Assembly: GCA_013265495.1 (NCBI GenBank)
Contig: MU061056.1
Location: 1,102,815-1,166,814 of the forward strand
Length of the DNA: 64,000 bases
Reading direction: 5' to 3'
Source of the DNA: Vicugna vicugna
Lineage: Eukaryota
In this document: one piece after another, positions 11,500 through 25,783 of the stretch
How positions within the stretch are numbered: the stretch's first letter is position 1
Layout: each line of letters opens with the position of its first letter
Notes under the pieces: generated by a model
Told to the model about the DNA's origin: nothing
What the model saw: only the letters and a program-made list of their open reading frames with translations
The model's database searches: none
Position numbers and translations under genes: made by a program

Positions 11500-11930
11500 T
11501 ATCCACGTGCCTGCCGTCAATTTTAAGCACCCAGGTTTGACGATGAAGAAGTTAATGTGGTTTTCAGGAGTGCCTACCTTATCCTCAGGGAGTAGCTCAT
11601 ATTGGAGAACCTGGTCATTACGGATTATTTTGTAGCATCAGTCGTGCTATGAGATGGCAAGGGTTTATAAGACAAATACTACGGATCAATCTTCAGAGGC
11701 CAGCACCGCATGCAGGCGAAAATCCTCATTGGCAGAACAAAACTGAAAGCCCTTAATGAATTCTGTTACCGTGGCAGCATATTGTCAAATCATGCACTAA
11801 TAGCAAAAGTGCTAGAAAACCATACCAAGAAGCCAGCATGTCTTTTGGCAAGCTGGAGACCAGGGTCTGGCGCTGTGCTTCCAAGCATTCTAAAGAGAAT
11901 TTACATGAGAGTGAGCCAGAATCCTTGTGC
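11500..11930 (+). mobile_element. Ancient RTE-clade LINE fragment (MamRTE1/L4-like) reverse-transcriptase remnant
   Basis: Frameshifted peptides 'KLKALNEFCYRGSILSNHALIAKVLEN' and 'SFGKLETRVWR' resemble the RTE ORF motif F.YLGS.LS....I..EI..RI.KAS.AFG.L..RVW. Confidence 0.7.
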
Positions 11931-12220
11931 GAACTCTCCCGGCCATCAGATGTGAATCTTAAGAGCAGAAACATGAACGTGAGGGTCATTTCCACTCCCC
12001 GCCTCACCCCCCGGGAGGGTGTAATTAGATATTAGTTTAAAAACAAAGAGCATCCCAAAATAGTATCTGGGACCATGGTCACCTTTTAGGAAACAGAACC
12101 CTACTTGGCCTCTGAGTCCATTCTTAAACTTAGTGTTATCAGCCTCTGTAATTTAAGATTGAATCATGTGGGTCATGTGGTAAATCACCTGAAATGTCAG
12201 AGAATCAAATTTAAATGTAT

Positions 12221-12248
12221 GTATGTGTGTGTGTGTGTATGTATATAT
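12221..12248. repeat. (GT/AT)n microsatellite
   Basis: Directly seen. Confidence 0.9.
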
Positions 12249-14932
12249 GACGTTTGAAAGCATGAAGATACACAAGTTGTAAGTGCCATTGATAATGTAG
12301 TATTTCTTTTCTTTTCAGTACCTTTGTTTTAAGGCTTTGTTTGCCATCCGGTTTCTCACAACTTTGGCAGGTGCATTGCAAACTTACCTGAAACATTGTC
12401 TTTTTCTCTGTTTCCTTTATTCTTACCCAAATCCTGTGCTTTTTTTTTTATCTTGTGTTTCCCTTTACTTTCCTTGAAAACTCAAAAGCTTCCCATGTCT
12501 CTTCATCCACTGTTTTTTGAAATAAAAGGAAGGAATACAGAAATGAAGAAGTGGACTTCAGACTTTGTTCCCTGAAAACCTAGAGGTTTCACAGAGGTGG
12601 CTTCTGAGCTGCAGGGGGGGCGGGAACTCTGGGGCTCCCATTCCTACTTGCAGGGCAGCAGTTTACAAAGGGTATATCATTTAAAGAAAGCTTCCCACAA
12701 CACAGATTTCTTAACAATGATAGCACTCCCAGTAGTGTCCGGGAGAGTAGATCCAGATAGGGCATTTCACAGGAGGAAAGTAATCATACTGAAAAACAGG
12801 CACAAGGATGCTGCAGAAATTCACTGTGGGTAGTCTATCTCATGATTACTCTTTCTTCAAGCATCTTAAGTGCAGTCTGTGTCTAACAATCATGAGCTAT
12901 GCATTTCCTCCCACTTAATAGTAGCCTCTACTCTCCAAATACTTCTAGCAAGGTTTAATATCTTCTTCCATCTCAACAGGAGCAAAGCATGTGTTGGTAC
13001 TGGAGTATTTCTGTTGAGTAGGATGTTTAAAAAAAAATAGTATGAAAGGGGTAAGGATGTATCTATGTAATAAAACAAGGGAACTAAGATTTGTCTCAAA
13101 TGATGTCTCTGTTGTTCCAAAGAAAGATTATGGAGCTCAATAATTTCTATAGCTAGAAAATTTTTATAGAAAGGTTATTTTCAAACATAAAAGTATTTAG
13201 TTAGATTTAGCCTTATTATTATGCAAAATAAAAATTATGCTTTATTGTAATAAGATGTACAGTTAATCTTGTACTAAAAAATTTTGTCAATACATTTAAA
13301 ATATGTTTTTCATACAGTAATAAAAATAGGGTTTTGAATTTATAGGACATGGTATCAAAATACTAACCTTTCTTAGCAAAAACATTAAAGAGCAGGAGTT
13401 TGTAGATTATTAATTATTTGTATTGAAGATCTCTAAGTTTAACCTCAAAACTTTTGTTAACTGTTAGCTTTTTGAAGAAAAGGTTTGATAGAAAATAGTT
13501 TATTATGTATCTTGGTATCTTTCTTGAACAAATAACTCTTACTACCCTAAAATCTTGTTTTTTTTTTTTATTTTTGCCTTTGTAATGAGGGACTATTTTT
13601 TGCTTATTGTAGTAAATTTAATAGATTTTTTATTTAGAAAAAACAGTTTTCTCCAAATCCAAGTTTTTTTGTTTTTGTTTTTGTTTTTGTTTTTTTATCT
13701 CAGCATAGTGGAGAAATATGTAAAGAACATTTTAGGTTACACTATGTCAGCAGATTTTGATTAAGTAGAAAATAAGAAACTTATTAAATAAAATAGCATT
13801 TTTAATTTTGTATTAAATATTACCTCTTCTACTGTATAAAGAAGGACATATTTTGGCAACATACAGCTTTTAAAACTAACATTGGGCATATTACGTGAAA
13901 GAGACTTTGAAAGCTGCCTTGTGTTACTAGCAATAGCTAGAAAAGAAAAATAAAATGGATAAACAGCTAAAATGGAAATGCGTAACTATAATGCGGTGAT
14001 GCTTAAGTCCATTTAAGTTTCAATGTAGAGTACGTTTTTCAATATTTTCAGAGAAATAAAAATGTTAGAAGATTAAAATTTGTTTCTTAAAAAAGTATTT
14101 TTTTAAAATAATGTATTTTCAGATGATTTTATTTGTGATTATGTATGTCTAATTCAAACCATGATATATTTCTTTCTATGTTTGGTAACATCTAACCATA
14201 AAAAGTAAAATTAGCATTTAAGGAAGAAATCAAGACTTCTCCAATAATACTTGCCCCAGTGAGCTGAGTAATTTTTGTAAATTGGTCTTTTGGCCTGAGT
14301 GACTTAGATAATTACTTACGTTCTCTTTCAGGCTGCATATTCACATGCTGCTCAACATCAAGCATATGATAAATGATTTTTTTCAGTAAACTGATCAAAT
14401 ATTGAGTGAAATAGTATTTTGCCTTTATGCCATCCCCAATTGTTCACAATAGTGTCTTTCTAATTTGGTTAGATCTTTTCCTATTGTTTTTGAATTTATT
14501 TGAAGGATTAAGAAAGATTTGTTCAAAGAGGATTCTGAATAAACATTAAAACATAAGTCTCTAATCAGCCTGTAACTCAGACTGTTCTTCATGCACTCAT
14601 CATAAACTAATCATCAGATTATCAGTTAACAATCAGAGGAGGGAGGGTGGTGCAGGAAATGAATGCATTCCTTACTCCAGCTAGGATTTTTTTTTTTCTT
14701 TAATTGAAATTTTCTATTCCTTTTTCAGTAATGTTTTTAACTTATGGTGTACATTGAAAAATAATTTCCATTTGCCTTTTGTAAGCTTTTAATTCATGAA
14801 AATAAACTAAAAGCAAGAGGTTATAGTTACAGTTTCTTATTTATGAACATAAAACAATCTTACTAGCTATTGCAATTTAGACTTTATTGTATTTTAAATT
14901 AACATATCCTTGTTTTTGTGACTTTTTAACAG

Positions 14933-14987
14933 GCGATAACTTCAAGTGCATATGGTGGATATAGATTTCTGCTGCAAGGAAATAACA
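14933..14987 (+). other. Candidate 55-nt exon 2 of the promoter transcript
   Basis: Acceptor 'ccttgtttttgtgactttttaacag|G' and donor 'ACA|gtaagt'; contains ATG at 14952. Confidence 0.55.
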
Positions 14988-17071
14988 GTAAGTGCTTTTG
15001 TATATGCAATAACTTTTAAAAAACTACAACATTTTAATATTTGGAAACCCATTATGCTTAAATGCATGAAGAAAGTTAATATGATGATTTAAATTTACCC
15101 TATCATTTTATAATTTTGATAAATTGCATTCACTCTAATGATATTTTCCATAGAATTTTACTAGATTAATGCCGAGTCATTTAATAATGAGGAAAAATAG
15201 ACCCACAGCCAAATCTTCCTGTTTTGTCTAGTGCAGTTATATCAGTCTTGCTATGTGAATTTCACTTACGCATTTATGACGTTGATTCTCTCTTTGATTA
15301 GTTGATTTACAGAGAGTCTGTTTTCTGTGGGCAATTCTTTGACAACTGGTTTTCAAATTTTTGATTGTGAGACATTGACTTTGCATTAATAACTTCTTTC
15401 ACAGCATCTCAAATTCAAATGCATTTTAAATTGTTTTTATGCACATGTGAATCATTAACTCTGGTATTCATCTCACAAAAGGTAAGAGGAGGGCCTCTTT
15501 CTCCCAGTGGAACTTAAATAGTAGAATGACATGGGGCAACTTCTCAGTTCATCTACAGTGTTTTTCATATTCCAGTGGTTTAAATCTGTGCGTTTTATTT
15601 CAGGTGTGCATATAAGTAACTTTTATTTTACATGCCAGCCTGGGTTATCTTGTGCTTGCCTTTACATTAATGTAATTACTTGGAAATTAAATCTATTCCA
15701 AATTGAATAGGGAAATATCAGCTTGCTGCAGGCTCTGTGTTCATCCAGAAATTAAGGTAATTTAAGACAGGAAGTTTTAAATGGAAACTATTTGTAAGGA
15801 GAGAATGTAACTTGCTACCGGAGGTATCTGTCTTGTGGAAACTTCTAGAGGGACAAAAATGCTCTCCAAATTCTGAATTCTTAATTTTCTAAATAGTTCA
15901 CATCCTAGTATCCTGTCTACTCAGATTTCTAGTGTGTTGTGCAACCCGGGCTATGTCTTGGCTTCTGTTCCTTTCTGGTACCATTTCCTGGGTATCTCCC
16001 TGACTCCACCTCTGAGCTGCTTGGCAATACGTCTGTCCAGTGATCTTCCGTTTGACATAGCCTCTTCAGGCAATGACAGGTCTTCCTTAAGTAAAGTACA
16101 TTAAGTGTTGTTTCATAGAGTAGATAATGACTATACTTATAAAATGCCTGGAAGGCTCATTCAGAAATATGCTGTATTATAAAAGAAATCATCTTCTGTC
16201 TTGGAAATTCCAGTGTCACTCGTTTATTAATATAGTTGCACATAAAAGCTTTGGTGCATAAACCATATTGCTAAGTAGAAAGTGTTAGCTGGTAGTAGCT
16301 TTGCAACAAACTAAAAATGATATAAAATAATCAGTAAAATAACTCAAATGATTTCTCTATATTCCTCTGGATAAAGAAGAAGAGAAAGAACAGAGAAAAT
16401 GGCTTCATGAATTAGAAGTACAAGGATGTTCATTTTCTTATAACTAAGTGGAAGTCATCAGGAGCAGGATTGCTTATTTCACAAATAATGGTATAGCCCA
16501 TTTAGCTTAACAACTCTTTTCCTTAGAGGTCTTTCTAGTATTTTTTATCTTCAGATTATGATTGTATGCTTTGTAGGAACAGTCAAATGTGTGTATTTAT
16601 ACACACATTTATATGATGTACATGTATATACACATATCAGCAAAATTATATTTTGTTAGGGTTCCCAAACAGGAAGCTTTGAATACACATACAGAATTTT
16701 ATTTATCTTTGAATCATTGTTACTTTTATTTTATCCCTATATCTTGAGTCTCAATCTGTTCTTAATCTCTTATTTATCTATATATTTAACCCATTTTGGA
16801 TAGCTAGGTGTGTGGTCTCAGACTCTGGGAAGAGAGGGAGGAAAGATCAGATCCCTGTCTTTTAGTTGCCAACAGGATGGACGGAGAAAATACAAACATT
16901 TAGCAACAGTTTCAGTTCATTGTGGTGGGAGTTGTGATAGAAATCAGGATATAATGATTCAGAAGTGGAGAGGTGAGTACCCTGGTCATCCTAGAGGGCC
17001 AAAGCAGCGTTTTCTGGAGATGCTAGTTCTTGGACCACAGTAACTGTGCGTAACCAAAGTGGTGGTGTTGG

Positions 17072-17097
17072 GGGGTGTGTGTGTGTGTGTGTGTGTA
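17072..17097. repeat. (GT)n microsatellite
   Basis: Directly seen. Confidence 0.95.
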
Positions 17098-17359
17098 TAC
17101 TTTCCAGAGTGAGGGTACCGGGGCCAAGTGGCCAGGATTAGGAAGAGGAGGCTGTAGGACTCACTCCAGGCTCTGTGTGAAGGGAAGGCTGTATATGCAG
17201 TGTGTAGCAAGATCAGGGTGACTTGTGAACATACCTGCTTAGGGAGCACAGAATAAAAGTTGTGGCATGACAGGAAATGAGAGAACCAGACCATAAAATT
17301 ACCTCTGCGACTGTGCTGAGGAGTTTGCATTTTGTCTCATTTTTCCCCAGAAAACAAAA

Positions 17360-17580
17360 GGGGGCCCTAGTGGATTTTATAACAGTCGGGAACATTGGAG
17401 TTGCATTTTGGAAATAACAATAGAGGAGTGATTTTGAAGAAGGATTAGGGGAGATGGAGAAAGAGCAGCAGAAATGGAGATGGGAAAATCATTAGGAAAC
17501 TATTAGTAGTTCCAAGAAGCAAGTGATGACAAACTTATCAAAGGAAGTGGTTTTGAGGATAGAGAGAGCATAGCCTTGAA
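17360..17580. mobile_element. L2 fragment
   Basis: Purine-rich L2-like text 'gcattttggaaataac...attaggaaactattagtagttccaagaagcaagtgatg'. Confidence 0.55.
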
Positions 17581-20284
17581 AAACTCTTGCTTTGAACAGT
17601 GGGGATCAGATGGTGTACTTCAGGTTATCTGTCCCTTTTGAAGGGTGCCTACAGGATAATTATTGATTGGAAGACTCATGACAGTATGAGTGGGTTGAGG
17701 GAGAAGAGAAGCTAATTTTAAAATAAACTGTTGTAAGAGCAGAAAAAAGATCAGATTCAATTTAAGGTACTAAACTCTCCCTCATTCCCTCGGAGGTACC
17801 TGGAGTCTTTATTGAGCCCAGTTCAGAATCCAGGTAAAACCAGTTGTCTGTAATGGTTACGACCATTTGTTGTATTTTCCATGTACTGTCAAGGACAGTA
17901 GCCATTAGCCTCGTGTGACTATTAAAATGAATTAAAATCACAAATTTATTTCCTCACTTGTACTCCTCATATTTCACCTGCTTGATAGCCAAATGTGGTG
18001 AGCAGCTACCCTCCTGGACAGCACAGATATCACAGAAAATCATACTGAGCAATACAGTTGTAGATTTTCAGTGCGCTCATAAAAGGATGTGGAGTTTTGA
18101 ATCACAGAAGTAAATATATAACTAAATGTATGGTAAATGTCTACCTTTCTAAAACTCTTAGAAGAGGCTTAATTATATGCTTATTCCATAATCAGTTAGG
18201 TTGGTGAATAACATCTGATTTTAATGGGATGAGAAAATTTTACATCCTTTCATTTATAATTTGATGATTTTCCTTCTCCATCAGTGAGGGCATAACCAAA
18301 AGCTACCTGGCTCTTACAGAACTGATGAAAAAGCCCCTGGTGACAAATCAAAGGAGGCATTGTAAAACAAGACAAGTTTCTCAACATATTTTCTTAATGC
18401 CTTTTCAGAATCACAGTTTCCATTTTTAAATTCATCAATAAGACTCACTGACATTAGTTCTCACAGAAAGATGTAACATTTGGAATAACAGAATCTTATT
18501 AGAGTGCAATATCCAGAGCTTAGTATGTAAAATATAGTTCACTACCCCCGAACCCTTAAAATACATGAGTCAGGAAAACCTAAAATACCAGCCTTTAATA
18601 ATGGTGTTGCCAAATGGTGGAATATCTTTTTTCTGAGGGAAATATACTTTGCTCTTACCGAGAAAAATAAAGTTGGTCCCTGTTCTAATTGCATCCAACC
18701 TGAGTTCATTACATGTGGTCTGTAGGTTAAAGGATGCTTTGTACCTGGTGGCTGGTTCATTATAAACAGATTTTTGATCTTCTTTTACCTTTATTTGAAA
18801 ATGAGATGTTCAGAGGGAAAATCAGTTGAAAGTATGTAGAAAAGGAAGCAGTGAATAGCTGAGTTAATCTGTAACCTCAGCCCTGGACTATTTTTTTTTT
18901 TTTACAGAACCCTCCCATCATATTATTTACTGACTATGAGCTATTTTCATTGGGTTATTTGTCTAACACTGTAAACTTATACATATATACACACACGCAC
19001 ATATATATATATACAAGTTATCACTATAAACTATTTTGTTTATATATGTATGTGTTTTATATGTATTTTTTTCCTGTGTCTATGTATACATTTATAATTA
19101 AATCATCCTTTGAACAAACAAGTCCATATTTCTCTCTCTCCTAATTGAAGAAAAGTTTGTCAGTATTTCTGACTAATTCAACTTTGACATTTCAAAATGA
19201 ATTCCAATTCCCCTCTGTCAAAAATAGCTTCATGGTTGGTCTCCTTGACTACGCATTTTTCTTCTTTCTATGCGGATTAATCCAAGGCATTGTTTTCATC
19301 TTATCACTTCTTTTTGCTGGCAGTCCTTTAGGAAGCACATTGGACCTATATTCTTTAGCCCAGCATTCCAAGTCCTTGCAGCCCATCCTGGTCTACAGCA
19401 GCCTACGCCAGTCCCTTAAATTAAGTGACTATTCGCCCCTCTTCCTGTTCTTCTCCACTAGGTAAGGGCATGTGTCCTCCAACTGCCTCCCCTCCGTTGT
19501 CGTCTTTTTCTCTGTCTCAGAACCTTTGCCTTCTTGTCTCCTTTATCCAGATAGCCTTCGTCTCTATTGGCTTAAATTCTATCCAGTATTCCTTACTTTT
19601 CATGGAGTTTATTAATTTGATACATCTCTGTGGTCCCTTGTGACCACTTTTGAAGTGAAATTAATAATAAAGACTTATTTAAGTCTATTAGTCATGTCCT
19701 CTTGGCTGGCGTAAGGGCCATTGCCTTGTAATAAACTTACGAGGTTCTGTTGGCAAAGGTGTATTCTTAAGTATTTGTTGACTGAGAATTCAAAGAACAG
19801 GTAGCTTAAACTAGCCTTTCTTGGTCAGCTAGCTGATTCATACCAAACTTAGATGCTCTGTGAATAGAATTAGCAAAATATTATTGTCCTTTTTATTGTG
19901 CTCAAGAATGCTGGGACAATGGATTTTCTTCTTTAAATCTCGAAAGGGCCCTGAGGTCCATAAATATTGATACTCCGTATGTCTAAAGATCAGCCATTTT
20001 CTGAAATAACAGTAATGTGTTCATTCAGTTACCTTTGAAGAGAATATGGATTTTGATCTACCTGCCTGTAAATATTAAATTATCTGAAATAACTAATGTG
20101 GTTATTTCTGTGTTAGTTTTTACTAAATGTTTCATTCAGTGAAAATGAAAAACAAGGTATTTTATCAGCAAACCAGAAATTGACACAACATTGTAAACCG
20201 ACTGTATGTCAATGAAAAAAAAAAAAAGCAAAAAGGCTTCATAAATGTTTACTAGGCCATGTACACACAATGGGACACCAAGAA

Positions 20285-20490
20285 GAATTTTAACAGATTT
20301 TGCTAAGTTCCTTGCTGTCTACTCACCTAGTTCATGCTATAGGTATCTGTGGTGATGCTCGCTTCCTGGAACAGGTTCCCTGTCTACATGATTTAGGGGA
20401 GAGCTCAAAGATTCTTCCTGAGTCTTATGGGCCTTGGTTGTTTTCAGTTCAAAATAATCCACATGCCAAAAAGATATTTTGGATTGGCTT
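20285..20490 (-). mobile_element. Fragment of the same ERV1 LTR family as 9017-9563
   Basis: Reverse complement 'gtggattattttgaactgaaaacaaccaaggcccataagactcaggaagaatctttgagc...atgaactaggtg' aligns by eye with 9061-9240. Confidence 0.8.
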
Positions 20491-21224
20491 CCTCTGTGGT
20501 GGGCTGCACCCATGTAAGTCATGGAAGTGAACAGAATTATTGGCTAGGATAAGGCAGAACCTGTGTCTCAGTAGGTTGGACTAGGAAGGTGTCTAGTAAG
20601 ATGGTGATAAATTGAGAGATCAAAAACAAAGCTGGCTTGGAAGTTGGTCACTGGTTAAAAACAGGAAATTCTAAATAGGACCAGTGGAAGGAAAGATGGG
20701 GTCCGCCAATGGAGTGGAAACCAAAGTAGGCAGAGCAGTTGCTCTGGGACTGGGGAGGAGTCTGTCTTCCAGGCATTTTATGGCCATCCTGCCTTGAGAA
20801 AGGTTGGCTTTGCCTTTTGGCTGTATCCTTGATAGTTTTCTCCATTTTTATGAGTGGTGTCATGTGATTGTCCAGGCTGACAGCATAAATCAGCCTTATT
20901 CCTTATATTTGTAAGAAAATTTTACCTTTTAATGAGTACCACCTATTTGAAGAGAAAAACAAAATACCGCAAAACAACTGTATTCATAGAGATCCATTTC
21001 TTTATATTTAAAACAGACAAAACAAAAGATTAGTAGATGATTCTAGACAATCAGAAAGCTTGATCTCATCCATTTGTCTCTCCCTCTGCTCTTCACTCTC
21101 CTAAAACTCTTTGTGAATTATGCTTTGGTGTGAAATGATTGTTCCATATGTATTTGTAAAGAAAAATTCAATAAAACTACATGTAATATTGATTACATAG
21201 ATACTTAAGAACAGAGGATTGGAG

Positions 21225-21340
21225 TCAGCCATATCTGGCTTTAAAGCTAATTAGTCTCTACTAATTTCTATGTATGCAAATTTAGAAACGTTGAGTTAGC
21301 CCTTTGATCCTCATTTCACCTTCTGATTAACAATAATTCT
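21225..21340. mobile_element. MIR fragment
   Basis: 'ggattggagtcagccatatctggcttta...cctcatttcaccttctg' is MIR-like. Confidence 0.45.
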
Positions 21341-24300
21341 GATTAATAATAATAATTTAAATTAATTCAGTTTTGAGGAATATTTTGGTTGCTTTAAATT
21401 CTTTGTAAGTGCCAGTTAGGATTTGGAGTATAGATTATCCCTTACCTAAAGTAAAGTATAGAATATTGATTTTAAAAAAAACCAAAACTAGCATTATTAT
21501 TTGTAACTGGTTGGAAAAATTGATTACAAAATATTTTCTTCAGTATACTGATTGACTGAGGACTCATTCTTGGATTAGCTGTCTTGATGTGTCCTTATTA
21601 TATCCTGGGGAAGTATAGAATTCAAAATCTGCAAAAAAAAATATATATATATATAACTTCTGAAGCATTTATTCACCCAATTTAAAGAAACATTTCCTTC
21701 ATTAAAATTTCTACACCTTTAATCTGTTTCTCATTCTTTTATAGCATAAACTATGTTTATCACTACTAAAGTCCAAAATTTCTACCATGAATAATGTAGT
21801 CTGAGCATAGTCAGCATTATTTTGTTCATCTGGTTGTTAGGGTGCTGTTTGGAAGTGAAATGAGCACAAGTAATAATGATACAACTTGATACCAATCAGC
21901 TGACTAGTGAAGTCAACTCATTGTAATGACCGTGTTGGAGCATGTTAATGTAGCTATGAGTAGTGAGTCGAGTCTAGGGCTTAAAAAACTCGCATTGCTA
22001 GATCTTATACAAATTTATATACTTTATACTGCTCTTATTTCTAAATATGAGAAAATGGAATAATGCCGATGTAATTTGAGTATATTTTCCTACTTTACGT
22101 TAGAATTACATTGTCTCTAACATACTGCATGGAAATCAAGGATTCATTATTGTATCATATTTTAAGTGTATTTAGAAAACTTTATCCTTCAAAGGATGTT
22201 TCATACTATGATTTGTGAAATAAAGGCTTGAGAATTTCAAATGTCCTTTTTAAAGTTTTGCTTCATTGATTTTTTTTAATTGTCCAGATAGAATTCCGTA
22301 ACTCAGGGCATACTGGTATTAAATAAATTATTGGAATATTATGATTTTAAATGATAAATTAAATGGAAAAATAGAAAGAAAAATAATATGTGAAGGCATT
22401 TTTCCCAGAAAAACCCTGTATTTGTGGCTTAGGAAGTCAAATTACTTCTAGTTCTGGAAAAGTAAAATCTTTGTAACTAATGATTTCTTCTCTACAGTTA
22501 CCATGTTATTATTTGCCTCCTCTTGGAGAAGGGCGTACTAGAGAGTTGGTGCACTAATCTGTCCTAATTTTTTTTCAGCTCAGTAAATATTACTCTCTTT
22601 ATTTTCCTGTGTTCACTAATTCTTAACACCTTACAATCCGTTAGTCATTGTGAACTGAGTATCAATATGCAAAGGAATACTTTCAAATTAGTAATTTTCA
22701 AAGACTACATTTTAGGCAAGGATTACTGCTTCTCAGGTAGGATGTTGGATTGCTTGAAAGACCCCTTACCACACAGCGGACACTAGCTTCTCAGTCCTTA
22801 CCTGGAATCTTATGACCACTCCATCATCCAAATGGCTGGGTCCACTGTCATGCTCTCCATTTAGTCATGATTGCTTTGTTCTTTTGTTTTTAATCTCATT
22901 AGGATGATCTCTGCACTGACTCTTCTGCTTCCTTGCACTTTGTCAGCTATGTCCTTCACTTAGGTTTCTCTTTTACTTCTAGTCATTACCTGTGATTTCA
23001 GTAGAACTGTGTTTCCTGATCTTGCATACACATCCACCCTGTCCTCAGGATCATGGTCAGATCCTCCATATACGCCTCAGCTACGGACCCATCCATCCTC
23101 TCAAGACATCTCTAGTTTGATCATCCGTTTCCTTTGGTGTTCATCCTCTACTTCTCTAGTGGATTCTTCCTGATAGATTTTGAAATAAACCGTTTAAAAA
23201 TTATTTAAATACTTTAAAAAAAACAATGGAAATCCTTGTTCAGTCTCTCATCACCCTCCAGCTAACTCAGACAATTTCTGTATCTCTAGAGACATGTGAT
23301 ATGTTCATAATTATCATACTATACTAGATACAGTACAGTATATAGTAGAGAGTATATTATGTTTTGACCCAAAATGTTGGTAAAATTTAGCATGATATAA
23401 TGCAAATATAAAATTATTTAAAGTGGAAAACAAATAACAGGAAGCACCATTATACCCTAAAAATCAAAATTTTTAAAATCTTTTAATTTATTTTATTTTG
23501 CTAATTTTACCTTAGTTGTCTTCTGAATTGATGGGGAAAAAATCTGTCTAGTGTGGCTAGTTTCTGAGACTCAGTTTTTCTACCTGAAAAAATGGGAGAC
23601 TGTTTTTTAGTATATTCTAACTCTATTATAATAGGATGGTAAAATTTCAACCTTGTTAGTTTCCCTGACCAGACAAAAGATGTTTATGCTTTAATGTTTT
23701 TACTATGTATATATATTTTTTAAAGACAATAGGAACTCTCTTCAGAGATGTGTGTTTCTGAAAGGCTTTAGAAAATTTAAGTATATACTTAGTTTATTCT
23801 TAACTACCTTTCCATAAACAAAGTTTTCAGGCATACCAAGTCAAGCTGTAGAAGAAATCCTAAGGAATCTTTACTGTTTGCTTATTGGTGTGTGTAATGC
23901 CACCTTTTCAAGTTGCGTTTGAAACATTTACACAAATGTGTTAGATGTAAGTTTTTTGTTGTTGTTGTTGAAGTATACATGTAAGGTGATAAACTTAATT
24001 ATTGAATTTCAAAATCCCGGAGAAATTTAGATTTATTTTTAAATTAAATATCTTATTAATGTACAATTTCCAAAAGATAGTTTATTCTAAATTTAGGTGG
24101 TAATCTTTGTCATTCTTGTTCCAATAACAAATATACTAAGAATGCTAATGTAAAGAAAAGTAACAGATCTGGATTAGTACAGGTGGATATGTGCTTACAC
24201 ATGAAATACTACATTCAAAAGTAAGTGTGAAAAAAAAAAGTTTGATGGTGATATTGGTCTTTGGAGTAAAATTGTTAGTCTCTGCTAGTCATGAACTGCG

Positions 24301-25308
24301 GTTTTGCCAAGAGTTCATCAGCACAAGCTCTGTCAGAAAAGAGCTCGAGAAAGTCATAATCAATCTGTGATTTTGTATCACCCAAGGAAGATGACAGATC
24401 TGGAATAGCTTTCCTTACACGAGGCTTAAGATACAAATAAATGTATGCATCGCTTTAGCGATAATGAAAACTGACTTTGTGACCTGAAGTAATCTTTCAA
24501 GGATATTTTCATGGAGCGCTAGGAAATTGGAATGTTATATAGAATGAGTTAAATTTGCCATGTTTCTTTTATTCATTTATAGAGTTTGGATTCAGTTATG
24601 CTGTTTTACATTCTAATTCAAATTTTTGCTTGAGAATGAGGTCCTGGCATTGGAATGCTACATATCTTGTGTGAAATTTGGCTGTCTTCTCTATCAGCTT
24701 GACCTTCTGCTATTCTGTATATTTACTGTTTGGACATTTCACCTGCTCCCCTTAGTTTAGTAAAGCTATAAATAGGAAGGGGAAGTAGAAAGGTTAGCCA
24801 ATCAAAATGCAGAGCATGGATAAAGGTCAGGGTGGTGGGGCATGCAATTGTAATTCCCAATGTATATCAGACAATAAAAAACCTGGCACCTCATTCTTGT
24901 GGCAAACATTGTAATAACAGAATTGAAAATACTGTGCAAATTATTTTTCTCATACAGGACTATAGAGTTGAAATAGAGTAATAGTATTCGTCCATTTTCA
25001 TTAAACTTTTAGAATACACTCTGATGTTTATGAAAAAGAAGCCATACATACAAAGTAGACAACAAATCCATATTTGAAAGTTTCATATTTGTGCACATTT
25101 TTCTTTATTCATTAATGAATTATAACCTGAATTATATATAGCAAAATAAAGCATAAGTAAGATAAATCATAAAGACTTAGAAATTCAAAATTCAAAATTC
25201 AAAATAATGACAGAAATGGTTGATGACTTAATAAGTTAATTTTTGATTTTACTTAAGTAATAGCATTTACAGGTAGTCCTTGGCATTTGTGTAAAAGATA
25301 GTGGAAAA

Positions 25309-25783
25309 TGTGGGTTTGAATAATGGCTCCCCAAAAGATAAGCACATTGTAATAACTGGAATCTGTGATTGTTACCTTATATGGCAAAAAAAAAAAAAGA
25401 CTTTGCAGGTATTACTAAGTTAAGGGCCCTGAAATGGAAAGATTATCCTTAATTATCCACGTGGACTCAGAAAAGCCATCACTTGCATCCTTATAAAAGG
25501 AAGGTAGAAGGAGCTTTTATAAACACACAGAGGAAAAGGCAGTGTGACCACGGGGACAGAGGTCAGAGTGACATGACCACAAGCTGAAGAATGCCGAGAG
25601 CCACCAGAAGCTGAAAGAGGCAAGAAATAGACTCTCCTTTAGCTTCTGGAGGGAGCATGGCCCTGCCAGCACCTTGATCCTGGCCCAATGAAAGTAATTT
25701 CAGATTTTTTACCTCCAGAGTTAAAATAAACACATGTTACTGTAAGGTACTGATTTGTTAAAGCAGCCATGGGAAATAATCAC
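25309..25783 (+). mobile_element. MLT1D-like MaLR solo LTR
   Basis: 'tgtgggtttgaataatggctccccaaaaga...gttaccttatatggcaaaa...gactttgcagg...ccaccagaagctgaaagaggcaagaaatagactctcc...cctgccagcaccttgat' follows the MLT1D layout. Confidence 0.85.

Noticed and set aside
15405-15481. Candidate plus-strand exon (ttctttcacag| ... AAG|gtaaga)
   Set aside because: Splice signals are plausible, but it is AT-rich, 77 nt long and has an in-frame stop after ATG 14952; no other support. It could be a minor UTR exon.
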